38,576 nucleotides of DNA from an uncultured bacterium (GTDB taxonomy: Bacteria; Lernaellota; Lernaellaia; Lernaellales; Lernaellaceae), in assembly GCA_964534375.1 (NCBI GenBank), contig CAZHPN010000038.1:1-38576 (forward strand), given 5' to 3'. This document shows, piece after piece, positions 18,752 to 25,653 of the stretch. The notes below the pieces were generated by a model. The model worked only from the letters and a program-made list of their open reading frames with translations. It had not been told where the DNA came from and ran no database searches. Made by a program: the position numbers and the translations under genes. The first letter of the stretch is position 1. Every line of letters begins with the position of its first letter.

Positions 18752-19930
18752 ATGAATAAGGAATTAAGTCGACGGGAATTTGTCAAGCTGGCAGGCGCCG
18801 CGGTTATTGGCGCCCCGTTTGCTGGACTATTTTTCGAGGGCGGCGCGGCGGCGGGCGACGGTTTTTATTTCCTCCAGCTCACCGACACGCACTGGGGGTT
18901 CGACAAGCCGGCGATCAACCCCGATTTCGCGGGCACGTTGAAGAAGGCATTCGCCCGGGTCAACGCCCTGCCGCGGCAGCCGGATTTCATCGTCTTCACC
19001 GGCGACTTGACGCACACGACGGACGACGACAAGGTCCGCCGCCAGCGGATGTTTGAGTTCAAAGAGATGGTCAAGGGGCTCACCGTGCAGAACATCAAGT
19101 TTCTGCCGGGCGAGCACGACGCGTCGTTGGACGGCGGCAAGGCGTTCCAGGACTTCTTCGGGGCGACGCATTACGCTTTTGAGCACAAGGGCGTGCACTT
19201 CATCGCGCTGGACAACGTCTCGGATCCGCGCGGCATCGTCGGCGACGCGCAGTTGGCGTGGCTCCACGACGAATTGAAAAAACTCGCCGCCAACGACCGG
19301 CTCATTATCCTGACGCACCGGCCGCTCTTCGACCTCGCGCCCGATTGGGATTGGGCGACCCGCGACGGCGGCAAGGTCCTCGAGTTGCTGGCCCCGTTCC
19401 ACAACGTCAGCGTGCTGTACGGCCACATTCACCAGGTGAACCGCCAGAAGACCGGGGCGATCGAACACAACAGCGCCATGGGGCTGATGTACTCGTTTCC
19501 CGCGCCGCATGCCGTGCCGAAAAAAGCCGCGATTCCGTGGGATCCGACGCATCCGTACGCCGGCCTAGGTTATCGCGAGGCCCAGTTGGCTCCGGCCGCG
19601 GCGATGACGCTGGTCGAGATCCCGCTGGTCGCCAAAGCCGCGGCGGCGGCCGGCGACGCGGTCATCGCCGTCACCGCGAAGCAATTCGAGTTCAAGCCGA
19701 GTGAAATCACCGTGAAAAAGGGCGTCCCCGTCGTGCTGGCGTTCACGTCGCTCGACAAGACGCACGGCTTCAATTGCCCGGGTCTGAAAATCCGCACGGA
19801 CATTCCGCCGGGCAAGACGACCGAAGTGCGGCTGGTTGCCGAGCAAACGGGGCGTTTCCCCTTCCATTGCGATGTTTTTTGCGGCGACGGCCACGAGGAC
19901 ATGACCGGGACGATCATCGTCACCGAGTAG
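18752..19930 (+). CDS. Tat-exported metallophosphoesterase fused to a C-terminal CuA-type cupredoxin domain
   Basis: SRREFVK Tat motif; DTH, TGDL, GEHD, HRP and GHIH calcineurin-like motifs; HGF...CDVFCGDGHEDM CuA motif. Confidence 0.88.
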   Translation: MNKELSRREFVKLAGAAVIGAPFAGLFFEGGAAAGDGFYFLQLTDTHWGFDKPAINPDFAGTLKKAFARVNALPRQPDFIVFTGDLTHTTDDDKVRRQRMFEFKEMVKGLTVQNIKFLPGEHDASLDGGKAFQDFFGATHYAFEHKGVHFIALDNVSDPRGIVGDAQLAWLHDELKKLAANDRLIILTHRPLFDLAPDWDWATRDGGKVLELLAPFHNVSVLYGHIHQVNRQKTGAIEHNSAMGLMYSFPAPHAVPKKAAIPWDPTHPYAGLGYREAQLAPAAAMTLVEIPLVAKAAAAAGDAVIAVTAKQFEFKPSEITVKKGVPVVLAFTSLDKTHGFNCPGLKIRTDIPPGKTTEVRLVAEQTGRFPFHCDVFCGDGHEDMTGTIIVTE

Positions 19931-19952
19931 GGGCGGGTTTCCGTGCCCGCCC
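19927..19952 (+). repeat. GTAG-type REP-like element overlapping the stop codon
   Basis: GTAG followed by GGGCGGG-N8-CCCGCCC. Confidence 0.55.
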
Positions 19953-20006
19953 GCCGGCATGCAGGGGCGGGATCCTGTCGCCAAAAATCTTTTCGTTCGT
20001 CCGCTG

Positions 20007-20091
20007 CGGAATGGCGAATTGAAAATGGAGAATGAAGAATTGGCGGCGCCGCCCGACTTTCGCCATTCGCCATTCGCCGTTCTGCATTCCG
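20007..20091. repeat. Inverted heptamer microsatellite palindrome
   Basis: GAATGGC-like units (20007-20041) complementary to (TTCGCCA)n units (20059-20091). Confidence 0.75.
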
Positions 20092-20226
20092 GTTTTCGTC
20101 CCGCCAACATATCTGGCGCCAGCGCCAGCGCCCGCTGCGTCCCGCTGGGATTGACCGTCGTTGTTCGAACGGGGTAACCTCAATCCAAGTCGGCTTGAGA
20201 AAATACTCCCTTCGGTGAGGTGTCGC

Positions 20227-21540
20227 ATGAACAAACATTTGCCTTTCGCGCTAGGACTGCTCGCGATCCTGGCGCTTGCCGCGTCGCTGGCGATTTGCAT
20301 CGCCGACGGAACCGGCGTCACGAACAATCCGGCCTTCGCCGCGGACGCGGCGACGGGCGCGATCCCGTGGTCACCGGTGGTTTCCTCCGCCAGTGCGGCT
20401 TTGGGCGACCGCGCCTGCGGCCCGTTCAATTGCTTCACCGGCTGCTGCGATTCGAACGGCGACTGTCAGCCCGGCAACACGGACAGCGTCTGCGGCGCCG
20501 GCGCGCAGCAGTGCGAAAATTGCGGAACGAACGGCGAATATTGCGACGATCGCCGGCAGTGCTCGCCGGGCCGGGCGTGCCGCGGGGGGGAATGCCAGAA
20601 CGGCTGTTGCGACGCCAATCGGCAATGCCAGAGCGGCAACGACGACGCCTATTGCGGCGGCGGCGGACAAGCCTGCGTCAATTGCGCCGGCGAAGGCCAG
20701 TCCTGCGAGAATCAGCAATGCGCGGCCAGCGGCTGCAACCCGCAATCCTGCCCCAACGGCTGCTGCGATTCGGCGAGCCAGACCTGCCAGCCGGGCGACA
20801 CGAGCGACCTGTGCGGGTCGGGCGGCCAAGCGTGCGTGGCCTGCGCGCCGGGCGACTATTGTCAGGGCGGCCAGTGCATCTCCCCCAGCGACGACGACGA
20901 CAACGACAACGACGACGCGGTGAATCCGGACTGCGAGGTCGTGGCCAACGGCATCGCCAACACCTGCAAATACAGCTACTACGATTTGACCGGCCAGGCG
21001 CTCGACGCGGCGTCGCTGGTGCAGTGGTGCGACGCCTGCGAAGCGTTGTTCGGCAAGTCGCTTTCGTCGCCGTTCTTCAACTGCGCCGAGTCCTGCGTGG
21101 TCGGCTCCCCGGCCTGCCAGAACAGTTGCTTCGCCGTCTGCCAGACGCCCGGCGATCCCGGCGGCACTGGCTGCCCGCACACGGTGCATGTGATTTACTC
21201 GTGCGAACTGGCCTTCCCGCTCACCGGGTTGCCCAACCTCTACGTGCCGGAACTGGACGAAGAAACGCTGTGCCAATCCGACACGCAGCACGCCTGGGCG
21301 TGCTATGCGCAATGCGCGGCGAACGACCCGTGCTCCAGCCCGCCGACCGAGGCGGAAGCCACCGCGATGATGAATTGCCTGAGCGCCTGCGGCGGGGCCG
21401 TCGATGACGACAACGACACGGTCGACGACGACGCGGCCGACGACGACGCCTCGCCGGCCGATGACGATTCGTCGCCAGCCGACGACGATGCGTCGCCGGG
21501 CCCGAAGGCGGCCGCGAGCAGCACCGGGTGCGGCTGCTGA
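20227..21540 (+). CDS. Secreted Cys-rich repeat protein with Asp-rich linkers and C-terminal GCGC
   Basis: Signal-like N-terminus; three C..GCCD....CQ.G..D..CG.GGQ.C..C repeats; DDDASPA repeats; ends SSTGCGC. Confidence 0.8.
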   Translation: MNKHLPFALGLLAILALAASLAICIADGTGVTNNPAFAADAATGAIPWSPVVSSASAALGDRACGPFNCFTGCCDSNGDCQPGNTDSVCGAGAQQCENCGTNGEYCDDRRQCSPGRACRGGECQNGCCDANRQCQSGNDDAYCGGGGQACVNCAGEGQSCENQQCAASGCNPQSCPNGCCDSASQTCQPGDTSDLCGSGGQACVACAPGDYCQGGQCISPSDDDDNDNDDAVNPDCEVVANGIANTCKYSYYDLTGQALDAASLVQWCDACEALFGKSLSSPFFNCAESCVVGSPACQNSCFAVCQTPGDPGGTGCPHTVHVIYSCELAFPLTGLPNLYVPELDEETLCQSDTQHAWACYAQCAANDPCSSPPTEAEATAMMNCLSACGGAVDDDNDTVDDDAADDDASPADDDSSPADDDASPGPKAAASSTGCGC

Positions 21541-21563
21541 AACAGTTTCGTAGACGGCTCACG

Positions 21564-21592
21564 AGGGGCGCGGCGTGTCGCGCCCCTTTTTT
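21564..21592 (+). terminator. Intrinsic terminator
   Basis: AGGGGCGCG...CGCGCCCCT stem followed by a T run. Confidence 0.8.
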
Positions 21593-21625
21593 CACCGCGC
21601 GGACGATGGTCCCCGGGCGCGCGTG

Positions 21626-21654
21626 TTGACAGGTCCGAGCGCGGTTTGTATTAA
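21626..21654 (+). promoter_or_regulatory. Putative sigma70 promoter for rrf2
   Basis: TTGACA-N17-TATTAA. Confidence 0.5.
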
Positions 21655-21678
21655 CCGGCGCGGGAGGAAAACTCGTTC

Positions 21679-22122
21679 GTGTTGTCGAAAAAAGCCAAAT
21701 ACGGCCTCAAAGCTCTGATCGCCCTCGGCCGCGACGGCGACGGCGGACCGATGCTGATCGCCGATCTCGCGGCCCGGGAGCGCATTCCGCTCAAGTACCT
21801 CGAACTGATCCTGCTCGAACTGAAAAAGCACGGCGTGGTGCACAGCAAGAAAGGCAAGGGCGGCGGCTATCAGCTCGGCCGCGACCCGCGCGACATCGTC
21901 TTCAGCGAGGTGTTGCGCATCCTCGACGGCCCGCTGGCCCTGACGCCGTGCGTCAGCGAAACCGCCTACCGCCGCTGCGACGAATGCCTCGACGTCGAGA
22001 CCTGCGGCATCCGCGTGACGATGAAGCAGGCGCGCGACGCAGTGGTGGGCGTGTTCGACCGGACGACGCTGGCGGCGGTGATCGCCCGCGAAAAAAAGCT
22101 GCTTGCGGCGGCGAAAAAATAG
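21679..22122 (+). CDS. Rrf2 family transcriptional regulator (IscR/CymR-like, Cys-containing)
   Basis: MLSKKAKYGLKAL, IPLKYLELIL, SKKGKGGGYQL, DGPLALTPC...CDEC.....C. Confidence 0.95.
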   Translation: MLSKKAKYGLKALIALGRDGDGGPMLIADLAARERIPLKYLELILLELKKHGVVHSKKGKGGGYQLGRDPRDIVFSEVLRILDGPLALTPCVSETAYRRCDECLDVETCGIRVTMKQARDAVVGVFDRTTLAAVIAREKKLLAAAKK

Positions 22123-22125
22123 GGC

Positions 22126-22173
22126 TTGCGCGGGCTTTTTTTTCGTCGTATAGTCTAGTTAGTCAATAGACTA
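22126..22173 (+). promoter_or_regulatory. Sigma70 promoter overlapped by a palindromic operator (probable Rrf2 site)
   Basis: TTGCGC-N17-TATAGT; perfect inverted repeat TAGTCTA-N9-TAGACTA at 22151-22173. Confidence 0.7.
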
Positions 22174-22208
22174 AATCGTTGACATCGACAATGTAGGGAG
22201 ATCGCGAC

Positions 22209-23006
22209 ATGACGCAGCAGGCAATCGAACGCATCACGGTGCTGGCGGGCCAGGGCCGCAGCGGCCGGCGCGACGAATTCGAGCGCATCGATCTGGCGAT
22301 CGGCGACGTCGTCTCGATCGTCGGGCCGACGGGTTCGGGCAAGACGACGCTGATCAACGACCTGGAGTTGTTCGCCGACAACGACACGCCGACCGGGCGC
22401 CGCGTGCTGATCGACGGGCAGCGGCCGCCGGCCTCGTACAAAGAGAACCCGTCGAGCAACCCGATCGCGCTGATCACGCAGCACACCAATTTCCTCTCGG
22501 ATCTGCCGGTGGAGCTGTTCCTGCGGACGCACGCCGGCATCCGCACGCAGAACCCGTCGCGCGTCGGCAAGCTGGTCGAGGAAACGATCGTTTTCGCCAA
22601 CCAGTTGACCGGCGAGCCGATCATTCTCGAAAGCCGCATGACGGAGCTGTCCGGCGGCCAGACGCGGGCCCTCTTGATCGCCGACGCGACGATCGTCTGC
22701 AACACGCCGATCGTGCTGCTCGACGAGGTGGAAAACGCCGGCATCAACCGCACCCGCGCGCTCGAACTGCTGCGCGCCTATCGCAAGATTTTCATTTTCG
22801 TCACGCACGATCCGCGCATCGCGCTGTTGTCCGATTACCGCATCGTGATGGAGGAAGGCCGCGTCACGAAATTGATCCACACCACCGACGAGGAAAAACG
22901 GTGCGCGGTGGAAGTGAGCAAACTCGACGACCTGTTGGCCCGCCTGCGCGACAAACTCCGGCACGGGCTGCAATTGCAAATGAGCGATATGGAGGGATGG
23001 GCATGA
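22209..23006 (+). CDS. ABC-type ATPase with no permease partner
   Basis: Walker A GPTGSGKT, signature LSGGQ, Walker B IVLLDE, H-loop VTHD. Confidence 0.9.
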   Translation: MTQQAIERITVLAGQGRSGRRDEFERIDLAIGDVVSIVGPTGSGKTTLINDLELFADNDTPTGRRVLIDGQRPPASYKENPSSNPIALITQHTNFLSDLPVELFLRTHAGIRTQNPSRVGKLVEETIVFANQLTGEPIILESRMTELSGGQTRALLIADATIVCNTPIVLLDEVENAGINRTRALELLRAYRKIFIFVTHDPRIALLSDYRIVMEEGRVTKLIHTTDEEKRCAVEVSKLDDLLARLRDKLRHGLQLQMSDMEGWA

Positions 23007-23704
23007 AGATGGCAATGTGCGCCGGTCCGGCCACGACCGGCAAGACCTCGGTGCTGCGGCACGTCACGAAAAAACTGCAAGCGCGCGGCGACAAGCCGGC
23101 TTTCCTTAAGATCGACGTCCAGTACGCCGACGAAGACGAAACTTTCGCCCGCGATTTCGGCATCCCCACGCGCAAGGTGTATTCGGGCGAGCTTTGCCCC
23201 GACCACTGCAGCGTCATGGTCCTCGGCGACGCGCTGCACTGGGCCGAGGCGCAGGGCTGCAACATCCTGCTGGTCGAGACGGCCGGCCTGTGCCTGCGCT
23301 GCTCGCCGTACGCCGAAGGCGGCCTGGGCATCGTCGTGCTCGAAGCGACCAGCGGCATGAACCTGCCGTTCAAGGTCGGGCCGATGCTCTCGCTGGCCGA
23401 CGTCGCGGTCGTGACGAAAATCGACTGCGTGTCGCAGGCCGAGCGCGAAGTGTTCCGCGCGCGCATCCACGAAGTCGCGCCGGCGGTGAAGGTGCGGGAG
23501 GTCAACGGCCTGTACGGCATCGGCATCGATCCGCTGATCGAGATGATCCACAACTCGCCGGACACGTTCGACGGCATGATGCTGCGCGGCAATCCGCCGG
23601 TCGGCACGTGCACCATTTGCGTCGGCAAGAAGGAAATCGGCTGGCAGGCGCATTTCGGCGTCGTGCGGCCGCTCGACGATCAAACGTTCTACCGGGGCGA
23701 GTGA
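23003..23704 (+). CDS. HypB/UreG (G3E)-type P-loop GTPase, putative metallochaperone
   Basis: GPATTGKT, CPDH, VETAGLCLRCSP, TKID, C-terminal CTIC; RBS GGAGG and ATGA overlap. Confidence 0.85.
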   Translation: MKMAMCAGPATTGKTSVLRHVTKKLQARGDKPAFLKIDVQYADEDETFARDFGIPTRKVYSGELCPDHCSVMVLGDALHWAEAQGCNILLVETAGLCLRCSPYAEGGLGIVVLEATSGMNLPFKVGPMLSLADVAVVTKIDCVSQAEREVFRARIHEVAPAVKVREVNGLYGIGIDPLIEMIHNSPDTFDGMMLRGNPPVGTCTICVGKKEIGWQAHFGVVRPLDDQTFYRGE

Positions 23705-23707
23705 GCC

Positions 23708-24907
23708 ATGCCGGCCCGCGCTTATTTCGACCACTCGGCGACGACGCCGCTCGATCCGCGCGTCGTCGAGGCGATGCAGTTGCCGCTCGGCGCCTGCCAC
23801 GGCAACCCGTCCAGCCTGCATTGGGCCGGGCGCGAGGCGAAGGCGGCGCTCGACCGCGCGCGGCGGCAGGTGGCCGCGCTCCTCGGCGCACAGCCGGAGG
23901 AGATCTTCTTCACCGGCAGCGGCACGGAAGCGGTGAACCTGGCCATGAAGGGCGTCTTCGAGGCCAACGGCAGCGGTCCATGCCACATGCTGATCGGCGC
24001 GATCGAACATCAGGCGTCGATCGCCACGGCGGAATATCTGCAGCGGCGCGGCGCGGAGGTCGATCGCCTGCCCGTCGACGGCGACGGCCTGGTCGACCCG
24101 GATGAAGTCGCGCGGCGCATTCGCCCGCAGACGCGCCTGGTTTCGGTGATGGCCGCCAACAACATCGTCGGCACGTTGCAGCCGATCGCAGCGATCGCCC
24201 GCCTCGCGCACGAACGCGGCGTGTTGTTCCACACCGACGCCGTGCAGGCGGCCGGGAAGATTCCGCTCGACATGAGCATGGCGCCCATCGATTTGCTGTC
24301 GTTGTCCGGCCATAAAATCTACGGCCCGAAAGGCGTCGGCGCGTTGTACGTGCGGGCGGGCACGCCGCTCGAACCGCTGATTCACGGCGGCGGCCAGGAA
24401 CGCAACGTGCGCTCCGGCACCGAGAACATGAGCGGCGTCGTCGGTCTGGGCGCCGCGGCGGAAATCGCCGCCGCCGAGCGCGCCGACGAAGCGGCGTGGC
24501 TGACCGGCTGCCGCGACCGCCTGATCGACGCCGTGCTCGAACGAATTCCGAATGCGCGTCTGCTCGGCCACCGCTGGCGGCGCCTGCCGGGCCACATCTG
24601 CCTGATGTTCGACGGGCAGGAAGGCGAGGCGATCCACCTGCTGCTGGCGCTCGACGAAGAAGGCTTCGCCGTTTCGTCGGGCAGCGCGTGCAGTTCGAGC
24701 CATGCGAGCGAACCGTCGTACGTGCTGCTGGCGATGGGCTTGGACGCCGTCCGCGCGCGCGGCTCGTTGCGCATCACGCTGGGCCGCTTCAACACCGAGG
24801 ATGAGATCGAGCGGTTCATCGACGTGCTGCCGCGCGTCGCCGCGAAGCTGCGGCCGCTCACTCTGCATTCTGAAAAATCCATTCCTTTCGAAAGGAGTCC
24901 CTTATGA
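23708..24907 (+). CDS. iscS: Group I cysteine desulfurase (IscS/NifS family)
   Basis: YFDHSATTP, GNPSS, HTDAVQ, SGHKIYGPKG, RSGTEN, SSGSACSS. Confidence 0.93.
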   Translation: MPARAYFDHSATTPLDPRVVEAMQLPLGACHGNPSSLHWAGREAKAALDRARRQVAALLGAQPEEIFFTGSGTEAVNLAMKGVFEANGSGPCHMLIGAIEHQASIATAEYLQRRGAEVDRLPVDGDGLVDPDEVARRIRPQTRLVSVMAANNIVGTLQPIAAIARLAHERGVLFHTDAVQAAGKIPLDMSMAPIDLLSLSGHKIYGPKGVGALYVRAGTPLEPLIHGGGQERNVRSGTENMSGVVGLGAAAEIAAAERADEAAWLTGCRDRLIDAVLERIPNARLLGHRWRRLPGHICLMFDGQEGEAIHLLLALDEEGFAVSSGSACSSSHASEPSYVLLAMGLDAVRARGSLRITLGRFNTEDEIERFIDVLPRVAAKLRPLTLHSEKSIPFERSPL

Positions 24908-25638
24908 GCGCCATTGCTGCGCCCGCGCTGCCCGGACTGGATTGCGGCCTCTGCGGCTATCGCACCTGCGACGAACTGGCCGCGCAACTCGGCGCCAAGC
25001 CGGATCTGCTGAAGCGCTGCATCATGCTGTCGGACGACAAAGCCAAAGCGAAAAAATCCGACGCGCCGCCGCGCGCCGCCGCGTCGCAGGCCGCGCCGCC
25101 GCTGACCTCCTGCGCCGCCGCGGGCGCCGCCGCGCCCTGCCGCCAGATGCGGCCGATCAACGAGAAAGAGCCGTGGAAAGACAGCCTCGGCCGCGATTTC
25201 GATTTCTACCTGGAGCATTTCCCGGAAGAACCCGGCCCGCGCGAGACGATCCTGCCGCACAACCCGATGATCACGCGCGAGATGGATATCCAGGTGGGCG
25301 ACATCCTCATCGGCCGGCCGCTGGGCATGTCGTGCGGCTGTCCGATCACCCACTGCGGCGTGACGATGAGCGTCGACAAGCGCACGGGCGTCATCGTCTG
25401 GTGCGTTACCGGCCCGCTGAATCCGCGCCAGGGCAAATACAAGGATTTGGGATATTATATCGCCGAAGCGTACGACGGCCTGATCACCGCCGCGCGCGGC
25501 GACGTCCGCATCGGCGAACGCTATTTCTTCCAGCCGCGCATGTGCATGCTGCAATGGCGCCACAGCGGCCTGGTCAATTATCTCAACCGCACCAAAGGCC
25601 AGATGCAAGTCCGGCTGGAAGGTTTGTGGATCGGGTGA
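24904..25638 (+). CDS. (Fe-S)-binding protein with an uncharacterised C-terminal domain
   Basis: LPGLDCGLCGYRTC...C (RnfB-N-terminal-type 4Fe-4S motif); C-terminal CGCPITHCG and C...HSG; ATGA overlap. Confidence 0.85.
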   Translation: MSAIAAPALPGLDCGLCGYRTCDELAAQLGAKPDLLKRCIMLSDDKAKAKKSDAPPRAAASQAAPPLTSCAAAGAAAPCRQMRPINEKEPWKDSLGRDFDFYLEHFPEEPGPRETILPHNPMITREMDIQVGDILIGRPLGMSCGCPITHCGVTMSVDKRTGVIVWCVTGPLNPRQGKYKDLGYYIAEAYDGLITAARGDVRIGERYFFQPRMCMLQWRHSGLVNYLNRTKGQMQVRLEGLWIG

Positions 25639-25653
25639 GACGCGGCCGGGCGG

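Noticed and set aside
21538..21600. Selenocysteine readthrough after GCGC-TGA
   Set aside because: The downstream hairpin is followed by a T run like a terminator, and the readthrough sequence is not protein-like.
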